DNA of 63,165 nucleotides, filler included, from Stramenopiles sp. TOSAG23-3 (Eukaryota): assembly GCA_900128585.1 (NCBI GenBank). It is 21 parts of 21 records of this genome, joined end to end, with 100 filler letters (N's around TTAATTAATTAA, not from the genome) between each part and the next. Parts side by side here need not be neighbours in the genome. Positions count along the whole stretch, not along the records: positions 9,070 to 11,989 come from LT644525.1; positions 12,090 to 15,009 come from LT644526.1; positions 15,110 to 18,029 come from LT644527.1; positions 18,130 to 21,047 come from LT644528.1; positions 21,148 to 24,065 come from LT644529.1; 16 more parts are not named here. One strand, given 5' to 3'. Positions within the stretch are counted from its first letter, which is position 1; the number at the start of each line of letters is the position of its first letter. The position numbers and the translations under genes are program-made. Shown piece by piece: positions 11,208 through 22,983 of this stretch. Below the pieces are notes generated by a model. It saw nothing but the letters and a program-made list of their open reading frames with translations. It was not told where the DNA came from and did not search any database.

Positions 11208-12089
11208 GTCGTTTTGGCTGTTGGAACGAACCCCTTTCTTTGTACGTAAGTAACACGCACCCAATATACACAGTATATATACACAATATATATAAAGTTT
11301 TCTTAAAAAGAGAAACAATAGTAGTAAAACAAGAAAGAAAGTAAGAAAGAACAACATCGTTCCATTCCAATTTTCTTCATTTAAAAATGTTCTTACATGT
11401 TTTAAAGCCTCTACTTCTTGTTTAAAATTGTTGTACAGTATAATTATATTATTCAATATTATTATTATTATTATTGCTTTTCATAGTCTCTAATACATAC
11501 TACAGTATTATTATTATTTTTTTGTTTTTTTATTTTTTTTTTTTAAATAATAATAATGTAACGTTTTTTCGTCGTCGTTCTTCTTCTCTGAAATTACAAT
11601 TTTCAGAAGAAGAAAAAACAACAACGCAAAACAACAGCAAACAACCACACAACCAACAGCAAATAACATCAACAAATTTCGTGTATCAAAACGTTTTAAA
11701 TAAATATAAATAAAATAGAAAATAAAGCGTATTATTATAGCTAATTAGACTATTTTACTCTATTATTTATTAGTAGTACTATTACTATATTATATATGAT
11801 ACTTAAAATAATACAGTATGTAGGTAATTTTTTAGAAGAAGGCGAGGAGAGGGCAGAACATATATAGTTTAAATAGGACTGTATTCAAAATAAAATAGTA
11901 ATTGTAGTTGGCAAAAGTATAAGAAGAAGAAGAAGAAAAAGAAAAAAAGATATTTTTTTATTACAGTATTACAGTAATAATATATAATANNNNNNNNNNN
12001 NNNNNNNNNNNNNNNNNNNNNNNNNNNNNNNNNTTAATTAATTAANNNNNNNNNNNNNNNNNNNNNNNNNNNNNNNNNNNNNNNNNNNN

Positions 12090-15003
12090 CGTTGTCAGAA
12101 GGCACGCGCCCATTCCCAGAAACAGCGGGAGTCGACTTTGCTCCTGGGGTTTTGCTCTGCCCAAACGTTGCCTGCTTGGTTGGGGCCCGATTTTTTTCTA
12201 CAGTCTTCAAGAACATTGATCGCGGAGAGTCACTGGCTCTTATGTCCTGGCTCAACCTTTGAACGCTTGCACTTTTGGCAGGGACCCCGGCGCCGGGTCC
12301 TTCCAATTGGGACATAACTGTGCGGTAAGCATCTTTTTCCTCATTCGCTTGCCCTTCGTTGGCGGTAACGTGTTCGTTCATGAACGCCTGAAACGATTCC
12401 ACGAGATTAATTTCATTGATTACATCATGAACTTCGAATGTATTTGGCGCAGTCTCACTCGCCGAAGGCGGCGTCTTCGGTGCAGACGCCTTTGCATCGG
12501 AGTACTTCTGTATGTTTTCTGCAGTGTTCGCGCTCTCTCTTCCGATAGGCTCCGCCTCTTCCACAATGAAATGTACCTCCCCCAACGGTTCTTGTGCCCC
12601 CGCTACATCCTCGACAGAACCTTCCTCCTCGTCGGCTGCATCTGGATTCGCCTCTTCTGGTTCCGATCTCGGGGACACTGCGGGTGAGGCCTCCTGCGGT
12701 GGCGGCTGCGTATTTCCTACAAGATTGTTCTTTAAATTTTGGACATGGTTGTAAACCTTGCTTATATCCGCGAGCACGTCGGATACGCTCTGCTTCTCTC
12801 CATTTGCGTTCACAGATTCAAGTAAATCTTCGATTTCAGAAAGTTTCCTTACAGCGTCTTGCTGCACCTCCTCAGGAACAACAGCAATGGGGGTTCGCGG
12901 GGGCAGCGGGACGTTGTTGTGCTGCTCTGGCCGGTTCATTAAACTGTCAACGTACTCGTGGACAGACGAAATACGTTTGCAAACGTCCGAGATGCTCTCG
13001 TAGTCTTCGTTTCCGCTGCTTGCTCCATCCGTCTCCTCGTCCCCTTCGCTTATGGGCGGCTCGCTGTCTTCAATAATGTTTGAATGGCGGGCAAGAGAAA
13101 TTCCAACCTTAATTTGACCTTGAACGATTTGATGAAAATCCATAATGTTGTACCACCCTTCTACGGATGACATGCCGGCTGAAAGACCGCAGAGCTCAAT
13201 GCGAGCGACGCCAACCAAACTGTCGCCTTCCAACACCTGGCCGGCAAACTCTCCCCCGTCCGTAACACTTGCCATGGCCTCGGCGTCTGTACTACCTTTG
13301 CCAGACCTTCGGGCGCGACTTTGGCTTGCCCAGCCCGCCCTGTGCCAGACACTGAAAAGGACAGCTCGCTCTTCTATTTTTTCCGGCTTAATACTATGTT
13401 CGGGTATGCGAAGGGTGCGCGTGTAATTCCACTCCGGGGTGCGGGAAGAGTTCGCGGACGGCGTTGCCATTACAGGCGAATCTCGGTCCCACTTGTAAGA
13501 CACGTAAACAGAGCTGGATGCGCTGCCCACGCCGGGGTTACTCTCCAAGTTCATTGCTCGTTCGATAGAAATCTTAATTTGATCTAAACCGCTCGCACTG
13601 TCTACGACGGCATCGCGGTCACCTTTAGACACTGAAGCTGAAAATGAATCTTGGGATTTCGATGCATGCCCATCAAACAGGTCGCCTTCTTTGGTTTCCG
13701 GCGCCCCTGCACCGTCTGTCGCGGCAAGATTTTCCTCCGCTGCAATAGTTACTTCCTCCTCCTCCTCCAATTTTTTCTTCTCCTCGGCTTCCAACTGCTT
13801 TCGAAGTGCCTTCATCTCGGCGTCCTTCGCGCCACTTTCGCCTTGCACTGCAGCTCGCGCAAGACTTTCTTTCGTTGTGCCACGTCCGCGCCCGCTCGCA
13901 CCGCCTGTCGCGGTCGCGCCCGTTGGCCGGTACGCTTCCCACGCTTGCGGCGCAAAAAAGAGCATTTCCCCCGCGCACTGCTCGTCCATATGCTGCTGCT
14001 GAATGTCTTTCTTCATCGGCGTCATCTGCCCCCCACTCTCTCGCGCTTCCGTCGACACTTCCTCCCCGACCGACCGAAACAGGTCCGTCATGGTCACGTA
14101 ATCGCTGTTGAACCGATCGAAGACAAAGCGTTTCTCGGGATCCAACCATTTGCAGACGCTCTTTGTGAACAGGCCGTTCCCGCCACGCTCCAACGCCTCC
14201 TCGTCCGCGGTCACCGACGTGATCGCGCTTACGGACGGTTTGTTCGCCATGGTCTCTGCGTGAAAATCGACCTCCCGCGCGCGGTTTGCAAGGAATATCC
14301 CGCCGGCATGGCAACAATCAAAGTGGAGCGTGATGTGCTTGATGCCGATGCGTTGGATTTTTGCTTTGAGCTCGCTCAACGGGTAGGATGTGGAGTACGC
14401 GGTGCCTGGTTCGTGGTTGTAGTCGTGGCAGCAGAAAACGGACGACCCGCTGATTTTATCTTTTAGGCCGTGCCCGGCGAACATTAAGTACAGGCGCCCG
14501 ACAAGCTTTTTGTCGTACGGAAACTTCCCCATCAGGCCGATCAATTCTTTCTCGATGTTTGCTTTCGTGCACCCTTCGTCGTAGTGCGTTCCGAGGATTT
14601 TGAACCCGTGCGCTTTCAGCGTTTTCTCCATCAGCTTGCCGTCCGCAACGGCGCAGTCCAGCTTCTTTAACGATTTTTCGTTCGGGTACTCGTTGCACGC
14701 AAAGAGCAACGCGTAGGAGTGTTCGTTGTAAGATTGAAACACGTCCGTAAGCATGGACTCCTCTTTCGTTCCGGTGGTGGGCTTCGCCCCCCCGCCGCGG
14801 GCGTTCGCGCCGTGGGGAAGCTTGTGCACAGCGGACAGCAGCTTTTTCTTTTGCATCACGCTCTTGCCTGCGATCTCGCTGATGGCTTCTTCGTCCAACT
14901 CGTACGCGACGTCCCCGTCGATTTCGTTCGTTTTGATCGTCTCTGCAACGTACGAGGAGATGTCATTTTCCAAGGCGTATTCTGCCAGCCGCGCAGGCTT
15001 CAT
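12090..15003 (-). CDS. SAM-like + caspase/metacaspase-like (peptidase C14) + C2CD3-like C2 domain protein, 3'-partial
   Basis: N-terminal 'TIKTNEIDGDVAYELDEEAISEI...QKKKLLSAV'; C14 motifs 'YALLFACNEY', 'LMFAGHG', 'FDCCHAG'; C2 motifs 'IKISIERAMNL', 'LFSVWHR', 'GWYNIMDFHQIVQGQIKVGI'. Confidence 0.8.
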
Positions 15004-15152
15004 CGTTCGNNNNNNNNNNNNNNNNNNNNNNNNNNNNNNNNNNNNNNNNNNNNTTAATTAATTAANNNNNNNNNNNNNNNNNNNNNNNNNNNNNNNNNNN
15101 NNNNNNNNNGAGACATTGTTCTTGAACTGACACCTTCTTTTTTTCTTTAATT

Positions 15153-15244
15153 TTAATTACTATAAAAAATAACAGCCAATTTTTCTTGATAATAATATGA
15201 TATATAGTAGTAGTTACTTAAATAACAGCCAATTTTCTTGTTTT
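15153..15244 (+). repeat. Two copies of the dispersed AACAGCCAA element
   Basis: 'ttaattactataaaaaataacagccaatttttcttg' and 'tagttacttaaataacagccaattttcttg'. Confidence 0.85.
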
Positions 15245-15373
15245 ATATAGTAGTAGTAAAGTCTACTACTGTATTTAATTCTGTAGTTTATTTGTTGGTA
15301 ATTATATTATTTTTGTTAACCCCCCCAATCGTCTACCGATGATAGGAAAGAGAATAGACTGTTCCACGTTTTT

Positions 15374-17974
15374 TCATTGTCGGGGCTCGTACGACTTCGG
15401 GAACGAGTCCAGCATGTTTGTGCGCTTCGGAACGTTCAGTTCCCTCATCCCATCGGAGCCAAAGTCGCGAATGGTTGCCCCGGCTAACTCGCCCCTAGCA
15501 ACTTTTGCCTGCTTTTGCAGCTTCAGGCGTTTCAGTTCGCCTTTTCCCGCAATTGGTTTCGCTTGAATTTTGACCCTCTTCTTGGTTCGACGTCTACCTG
15601 CACCAGGTATGACCGTCGGTGCTGTAGCATCGAACTGTGCAGCATCAAATGCTTGCTTGAATTTACGCCCGTCTGGAGAAAGCGTCATGGTCCGCGCTTT
15701 TTGCACCAGGACTTCACCGCTCTTGTCTGTGGGCATAAACGAGGCTTTAATGGCCGATGTCTCCAGGCCCATTTTATTCATCAGGGCTGAGAAGGCCCCA
15801 GGCAGAACAGCACCGGCGTTTGCAGCGGCGGCCATAAAACCAGAACCGAACGTCGCCTTCAAAGCATGCTCGGCTTTCATCAACCTTCTCTTCACCTGAC
15901 TAATCTTCAATTCCGAGCCGTACTCAAGGGTACCATCTGACGCGGCGGAGCCCTTTTTGATTTTCTGAAAATTCCTTTTCAAGTCCTTCAGTCTACCGAC
16001 CCATACGACAAGAAAGAACTCCATAAATTCGTTGTACCTTACCGTTCTGTCAAAGTTTGCGTCCATGCTTCCGATGATATGGTATATTTGTCGCTTCGAC
16101 AGTCCCACCCCGCCGAGAGTTTTGAACAGCGACGCAAACTCTGCCACGGATATCTCCCCGGAAGCATTTCTGTCAAAGCTCTCAAAAGCCTCTCGCAGGT
16201 TTATGTTCGACTCTTCGAGGGTTCGCAAGACTCCATGAAGGGCATCGAGTATCTGCTTCCAATCCGCGTCTCCTGCTTTTGCTCCCATTCCGTGATAGCC
16301 GTTTGCGCTGTTGAGATTGCGGTTGTGCCGCCGCACCCGCCCCCCACGCCGACTCTGTTCCCCGGCGCGATCCATGCGCAGCAGATCGGACATTTTACCA
16401 TCGGCCCGGAACGCTGCAACGAACTCGTCCAACTGCAGCGTTCCGTCGTTGTTGGTGGAGAGGGTCCGAAAGAAGGAATCGAACTGTTGCCATGACATAT
16501 CCAGTCTGAGCAATACCTTAATCGCCCCCTGAAGTTTCAAACGATTCAGCTTGTCGTGCCAGCCAGTCCATGATCCACTCTTTCCTTTCATGACTGTTTC
16601 ATTGTTTTGCAGATTTGACATTGCGCGGAAGACGTCCGCGAGCAGCCTGTCTTCCTCCTCCGCTACCGGTTGCATTTGAGGCATGCCCTGCTTTTCGCGC
16701 ATTCTTCTAATCTTCTCCCTTCTCATCTTCAGTTCTTCCTGGAACCTTTCCGGGTCACTTTCTTTCTTTCTTTTTTCTTCCAAATGGCGCCCATACTCAA
16801 GCACAGATTCTCGTACGATGGCAAGCACCTCCTCCGTGGTCGCACGCCCCGGTATTTTCGTTCTTCTGCGCCGTTTTGCGACGACGACCGTGGAATCGTC
16901 CACCTTGTTCCCACCGCTGTTGTCAATTGTCATCCACCAAGGCAGCTCGTTTTTGAACCAGTACTCCGGGGGCAACTGCCTGCATTCAATCGCGCCTTCC
17001 GTCTGCGCATAAATAGAGTCGCCGGTTTTCAGGCGGAGGTTCAGCTTTTTAATTTCTGGTTGCATCACGGCTTCGTAAAAAGACATCTGGTTTTCTTTCG
17101 CAAATTTCATAACGAAAGCGTACGGGTCATTCTTGGCACTTTGCCCGCCCCCGGCCGCTTCCTCGCCGAAGGCGTCTGCAGCGCTTACCGTGTAACCCAG
17201 AGATTTTGCAAGTTTCGCATCTTCTGCCCACACCTTCTGCATGGCTCGTCGGAATGCCGCCTCTTCCGGCGGCTCGTCATCGTCATCTTCGGCTTCGTGG
17301 CCAAATGGATCGCTCCCTTGGAACTGATCCCCCCAGTCGTCGTCAAAGTCAAACATGTTCACGGACGTGACCAGCTCCTTGTTTGCGGGGTTGTCGTACT
17401 GAAACGGCCAGACGGCGTCCTTTGTGGCATCGTCCGCATCCTCTTTCTTTACCTTCGCGTTTACTTTGTTGGTAAACTTTTTAAGCTTCATTCTCATAAG
17501 TTCCGGCGCAGCTGCGTTTGCAGCTCCGCCAGACTTTCCAATCTGAATCACGCTTCTGGGCCTCGTTTTCCTCGTCGAACCTACAACTTTGTGGGATCGG
17601 TCCTCTTCCGGAAGCCCGGCCAGTTGGCGTAGTCTCATAATGTGGCACATGACTTTGGCACGGTGCAATTTGTGCGGAATCTGCAAATCGTCTTTTATTT
17701 CTTGCTCGCTGAGGGACAAAAGAAGCAGCCCATCCACAGAATTGGATTGAAACAGTTCACAATACTGCTTCAAGTCCAATTTTTCCCCAACCCACTTTGC
17801 GACGTGGTAAGGTTTCCACCGCAGCACCTGACTTTCTGGCAAGTCAGTGTACTTTATTTTCTTCTTTTCAGCTTTCTTCCTCCGTCGTTCTTCCCGTAGC
17901 CTATCTTGTTCGGCTTTATCCTGCTTCAGCCTTTCGCGTTCCAGCGCATCGTGCTTTGTATTTAATATATTCAT
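15374..17974 (-). CDS. SAM-domain and EF-hand protein
   Basis: SAM 'WKPYHVAKWV...LKQYCELFQSNSVDGLLLLSLSEQEIKDDLQI...HRAKV'; EF-hands 'DRNASGEISVAEF', 'DANFDRTVRYNEF', 'TNNDGTLQLDEF'. Confidence 0.8.
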   Translation of the reverse strand: MNILNTKHDALERERLKQDKAEQDRLREERRRKKAEKKKIKYTDLPESQVLRWKPYHVAKWVGEKLDLKQYCELFQSNSVDGLLLLSLSEQEIKDDLQIPHKLHRAKVMCHIMRLRQLAGLPEEDRSHKVVGSTRKTRPRSVIQIGKSGGAANAAAPELMRMKLKKFTNKVNAKVKKEDADDATKDAVWPFQYDNPANKELVTSVNMFDFDDDWGDQFQGSDPFGHEAEDDDDEPPEEAAFRRAMQKVWAEDAKLAKSLGYTVSAADAFGEEAAGGGQSAKNDPYAFVMKFAKENQMSFYEAVMQPEIKKLNLRLKTGDSIYAQTEGAIECRQLPPEYWFKNELPWWMTIDNSGGNKVDDSTVVVAKRRRRTKIPGRATTEEVLAIVRESVLEYGRHLEEKRKKESDPERFQEELKMRREKIRRMREKQGMPQMQPVAEEEDRLLADVFRAMSNLQNNETVMKGKSGSWTGWHDKLNRLKLQGAIKVLLRLDMSWQQFDSFFRTLSTNNDGTLQLDEFVAAFRADGKMSDLLRMDRAGEQSRRGGRVRRHNRNLNSANGYHGMGAKAGDADWKQILDALHGVLRTLEESNINLREAFESFDRNASGEISVAEFASLFKTLGGVGLSKRQIYHIIGSMDANFDRTVRYNEFMEFFLVVWVGRLKDLKRNFQKIKKGSAASDGTLEYGSELKISQVKRRLMKAEHALKATFGSGFMAAAANAGAVLPGAFSALMNKMGLETSAIKASFMPTDKSGEVLVQKARTMTLSPDGRKFKQAFDAAQFDATAPTVIPGAGRRRTKKRVKIQAKPIAGKGELKRLKLQKQAKVARGELAGATIRDFGSDGMRELNVPKRTNMLDSFPKSYEPRQ

Positions 17975-18129
17975 TTTTTTGCCTTTTTATATTTGTATAT
18001 TTTCAGTTATATTTTTAGAATGCAATATCNNNNNNNNNNNNNNNNNNNNNNNNNNNNNNNNNNNNNNNNNNNNTTAATTAATTAANNNNNNNNNNNNNNN
18101 NNNNNNNNNNNNNNNNNNNNNNNNNNNNN

Positions 18130-20019
18130 CCCTATGAGCGCGCTCAACAGAGTGCAAATTTCTTCATGTTGGTCCTGCAACTGCTGCACAAACACAGTTG
18201 TTGCCATGCTGCGAAACGTCGGGGTCAGCCCTATCATTGATGCCCCGGCCATATCCTGCGGCAAAAACGGGCCGTACATGTGCCCAAACAGCATCAAATG
18301 GTGAGAAATATAGAGGCAATCGTTGTGGTGAAGCATGGCCAACCCTGGGATGCTTCCTATGTTTTGGCCGTAAAAGCTGGGAATTATTGCGCAGTACAGA
18401 TCGAACATGTCCCACACTCCTTGCCAAACCGCCCTGCAAAATTCCTCGGACCCCCGCTCCATGTCTTGAAGCGCGCCGTGGGCCAGGCGAACCAACTGCT
18501 TCGTGCAAACGGTGATGGCCATTCGCTCCAACGCGAATGCAACAAATTGCCCGTCCAATTCTTCAGACTCACTATCCACCGCAAAGTCTGCCATCTCCCT
18601 TTGCAACTCTGCAGTGTTATTTTCGGTGGTACTAAATGTCGAATCGCAGTCGTTGTTTTCGTCCACAACCACCGCATCTTGGTACCCTGCGAGCAAAATG
18701 GTGCGGGCTTTGGACAACAAGTTGGTGTGCTGCTCTTTCGCCGCCATTTTGTCCATGTTTTTTACATGGTGAACCAGCTCACTGCCTTCCGCGTTTACCT
18801 CGATTAGCCCTAACTTTGAAACGGTTTGTTCAAAACCGTTCACTAATTTTGTAATTTCTTTTATTTCAGCCCCCGTAATCAATGCTTGAGAATGCAAGCA
18901 CCTGTCGAGCACGGATATCAACAAAGTGCAAATTCCGCTACTCGTTTCGGCGCCTGCTTCGCCCAGCTGCCCCTTCTCTCCCCACAGCTTCTCCCCGAAA
19001 GTAAGCATCGTGGGCCTTAGCGTTTCTTCCACTTCCCCGCTGCCATAAAACAGAAACTTTGCAATGAACTCCAGGACGGCATTGGTGTAATCCAACGCAT
19101 TGGACACCAACCCTCGCGCGTCTTTGCCCTGCAATTTTCTCCCCGACTGAGAAACGGTAATCTTTACCTCATCCTCTGTTCTTTGCAATTTGACGTTGGA
19201 TTCCAAGTTCGTCAACAGCGGGGCAAATACTTTGCCCAAAAGGCTCGTGCAGAAGTCCCCCACGATGGCATACGATTCCTCGACGTCCTGAATGGCAGAC
19301 ATAATGCTTGACAGGTCGACTGCATTGCCGTACATGTCGACAATTCTTTTTCGGATTACAAGGCTAGAGTCACCCCCCTGTCCATCTGAAAACCTAACGG
19401 CCTGGTGAAACGCACCCTGAAGGTATTCGTTTAAAACTTGTTTTTTTTTGAAGAACTGGTGCTGCACCAGCCGAAACACCTTTGACTCGGACGGGATTAT
19501 GCAATCACTCAAACTTTTAATCTCTACGTTTGCAGGCGCCACCGAGTCCGCCCGAACGCCCACAGCAGATGCGGTTTCAAGCAGAAGCTTTGCGGTGAGT
19601 TCAACCTTCCCGTCGCGAAGTGCTTCGTCGAACTTCAAAAACGAATCGTTGATTTTCGACAACAATTTCAGCACCTCCACTACCCGTTTTGTTCTAAGCA
19701 ACTGGTCCGCGACGTCTTTGTTCACACCCAGCTCTGCCTCGGAAAAAAGGAACGACTCGGGGGCTTTGCTTTGTTCAACGGCCGCTTGAACGACGTCATA
19801 CGCGGCTACCACGTCGTTTTGCAGGCTCTCAGCTTTTGCCACGGTGGCGCCAAAATCCCCATACTTTTCACCCATCGCATTGTTGAGCGTATTCCTCAAG
19901 TTGGACACTTTCTCCATAACCAGATCGGCAGCTGCGTGCGGGTCGTCTATCCCATTCCCAAACTCCAGGGCTTGCTCCACGATCCCCTTCCCCGTTTGGG
20001 AAACGTCACGGGCTGCCAT
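18130..20019 (-). CDS. ZW10: Centromere/kinetochore protein ZW10 homolog, 3'-partial
   Basis: Helical protein with 'DMFDLYCAIIPSFYGQNIGSIPGLAMLHHNDCLYISHHL', resembling the conserved ZW10 C-terminal region. Confidence 0.8.
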
Positions 20020-20453
20020 CTTGGACTTCGAACACTCCTCCGCCTTGTCCCCGTGCTTTGGTTAATATCCCCGTTTGTACTGTCCCTGGATCCTGAGAAT
20101 CAATATTATTGCGTAATCATCATGGCAACAATGGACTTATCGTTCGTTCCTCCATTCTGTGGTCATAAACATTCAAAACCATTTTCTTATATATATCTTC
20201 TTATTGCCTTTCTTGAAGAAGTGATTATTTAAATAGTAGTTCCCTTTGTTGTTGGTCCGTCGTCGGTCGGCGGATTTTAAATTTAATAATAATATTATTA
20301 ATAGGGGGAATCATATTTATTATAGTCCATTTAATGGTATACTAAGTACTCTAAATTCACTGAAATATTTTAAATTACTAAAATGTGGTATAGAATCAGA
20401 ATTGTTGTTGTCGTTTTATTAAGCACGGTTCGGTTGTTCTAAATGAGATAACA

Positions 20454-21047
20454 TCAATAGCACAAATTCCAGGATGGTTCATTGCATGGTATACCAAACT
20501 TTGTTGTGTAATTCATTGTTGCCAACGGTTTGTTGACCGCGTTTAAGAAATAGTGCGGGTCGGCTTCTAGCATAGTTTGTATTTCGGCATAGATGGTATC
20601 AAAGGCAGCAGAGCTCGTACTCCCCCAGATGGAAGCATTTTTCCATGTGCCGATGTTTTGAGCACCATCTTGGCTGGACAGGCCTCGTTCGGCGAAGAAA
20701 ACAAGGGTTCTATTTGTGGTGCAGCATGCGGAACACTCTTCTACTTCGGTGGTTTCCCATCCGGCGGCGGTGCCTGTGAAGTCTCCGTCAACGGTTCTAC
20801 CGTCAGCACCGGAAGAAAGGTACGCAGACTGTTTGCAAAACGATTTCGCGTTGTTCACGTCGGTCGGGCACGCATAATTTGCGCCACCGCAACGGCGACA
20901 ATGCTCCCCACGGAAAATGTTATTTACTAAGTTAAACATGACAATTTTATCAAGACCGGCCGTAGGGTTGCAGGGGGTGCAAGGCTCCGCAATAGAGCAC
21001 ACTGCCTTTTCGCCGTAATGGCAGTCCCTCGTACTTTCGGTCATTTT
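20454..21047 (-). CDS. Cys-rich hypothetical protein, probably 5'-partial
   Basis: 196-aa ORF starting near the contig edge, with CxxC and CC clusters. Confidence 0.55.
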   Translation of the reverse strand, partial: KMTESTRDCHYGEKAVCSIAEPCTPCNPTAGLDKIVMFNLVNNIFRGEHCRRCGGANYACPTDVNNAKSFCKQSAYLSSGADGRTVDGDFTGTAAGWETTEVEECSACCTTNRTLVFFAERGLSSQDGAQNIGTWKNASIWGSTSSAAFDTIYAEIQTMLEADPHYFLNAVNKPLATMNYTTKFGIPCNEPSWNLCY

Positions 21048-21147
21048 NNNNNNNNNNNNNNNNNNNNNNNNNNNNNNNNNNNNNNNNNNNNTTAATTAAT
21101 TAANNNNNNNNNNNNNNNNNNNNNNNNNNNNNNNNNNNNNNNNNNNN

Positions 21148-21350
21148 CCCGGCCTTGCCCGCCTTCGGTTTCTTCCCGGCCTTGCCCGCCTTCGGTTTCT
21201 TCCCGGCCTTGCCCGCCTTCGGTTTCTTCCCAGCCTTCCCCGCCTTTGGTTTCTTCCCGGCCTTCCCCGCCTTTGGTTTCTTCCCGGCCTTCCCCGCCTT
21301 CGGTTCTTTCCCGGCCTTGCCCGCCTTCGGTTTTTTCCCGGCCTTCGGTG
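21148..21350 (-). repeat. 27-bp coding tandem repeat (KKPKAGKAG)n
   Basis: About 7 units of ccggccttgcccgccttcggtttcttc with synonymous variation, running into the contig end. Confidence 0.9.
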
Positions 21351-22983
21351 TTGCACCAGCTTTCGGGTTTTCACCCGCACTCCCCCCTTTCGAAGAGGAC
21401 TTTTTCGTCTTCTTCTCCTTCGATTCCGACCCTCCCTTTCCACTCTTTTGCCCTCCCTGTCTCTTGCCGTCTAGTTGCAGCAGAGACGGCGCCGCGTCGC
21501 CTTGCCCCGGCTCAGCGTCAGTCTTTCCCAGCCCGTCACCGGCCGCATACTCGGAGTCCCACACTCGTCGTTCTACCCCGAGGTACTTGGCCTGCTTCTG
21601 TGGTTGTGGACGAAAGTCTGCGGGGCACAGATTGCAACATTTCGGCGCTTTCCCATTTGCCGTCGGTATTTTAAACAACGGGTTTGGTGCTAAGACGTTC
21701 ATCCATTCTCTCGGTGGACACGGCGTAGGTTCTGGAGGTGGCGGCGGACACGTCGGCGGCTTCCCATCAAACGCGTCACCGAAATCGGCGTTTGAACCTT
21801 TGGACGCTTTGCCACTCTTCTTGCTGCCAGCTTTGCTTTTTGCCTTTCCCTCTTTCTTGCTACTTTTGTTTTTGGCTTTGCTCTCCTTTTTACTGCTCTT
21901 GCTTTGTTTATCGCTTTCTTTCTTGGCAGACTTTGACGCCTTGTCGCTCGCCTTCTTGGCAGATTTTGCAGCCTTGTCGCTTGCCTTCTTCGCGGACTGA
22001 GCCGACTTCTTTGCCGACTTGGCTGCTTTGTCGCTGGATTTCTTGGCGGATTTTGCAGCCTTGTCGCTGGATTTCTTCGCCTCCTTGCTGCTCTTTGCGC
22101 TGGCCTTGGCCGCCTGCTTGCCTTCCTTCTCCGATGCTTTCGCCTGTGCGTTGCCTTCCTTTTGCGTCGCCTTCGAGCCCGCGCTGGAGCCACCGCCTTT
22201 GCTGGAGCCACCGCCTTTGCTGGAGCCACCGCTTTTGCTAGAACCGCCACCACCGCTGCCCCCTTTGCTTGGACCGCCACTACCGCCGCCTCCTTTAGTC
22301 GCCCCGCCACCTTTGCTGGAAGAACTTCCATCCGATCCACTTTTTGAACTTCCCTTGCTCTCGCTACTGCTGCTGCTCGAGGAGCCGCTACTGCTGGACG
22401 ACCCGGCCTTGCTGCCACCTCCGCCCTTTGCAGAGCGCATGCCGTTTTGCATTTGAACGAAGGAGAAAGTATCGTCATTGGCCGCGGTTGTGCTCGGCTT
22501 TCGCTTCTCCGCGGCTTCGCGAAGGGATACAAAAATGTCTCTATAGTGGTCGTCATGTTTCTGTTCCCCGTGATGGGCACGTTCCACCCCACTCTGGTAC
22601 TCTTTCGGCAGGAGATGCTCTTCTATGTGTGGTGTTCCGTCAACCTTTCGTTTCTCCCCGTTTGCTCGCCACGCATGAAATCGGTAGGCCGTTTGCACCT
22701 TTTCTTCCGACGACATTTCTAAGAACCCAAGCTTTGAGTAAAAGTGAGTCACACACACTTGGCAGCATGACGGTGCCTCCTTGGCCTTTGTTCTCTCCGC
22801 CACTTCTATAAAACGCTCCTCGGTCCATGGACTCGAGGGCAAGGATCTAGTTTCTATCCCAACTCTATCTTTGGTCGCTGCCGCATCATGAAGGGAAACG
22901 CCCTTCTTCGGGCCTCCCGCAGACACCAACGCAAAGGATAGCGCAACGAACCATCCAATGGCGACGGTCTTTCTGTACATCAT
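21148..22983 (-). CDS. Secreted low-complexity Lys/Ser/Gly-rich repeat protein, 3'-partial
   Basis: Signal peptide 'MMYRKTVAIGWFVALSFALVSA'; two CCxxC modules; GS-rich, KSAKK and KKPKAGKAG repeat tracts. Confidence 0.8.

Noticed and set aside
11208-11456. N-terminal transmembrane extension of the ankyrin protein
   Set aside because: AT-rich, low-complexity sequence that looks like promoter or UTR read through by chance
215-15003. Cell-death gene cluster of PDCD5, AIF and caspase
   Set aside because: The caspase gene is on a different contig, and contig order reflects length sorting
21155-22456. Long plus-strand ORFs such as (PAFGFFPAL)n
   Set aside because: Antisense shadows of the repetitive minus-strand gene, which has the signal peptide
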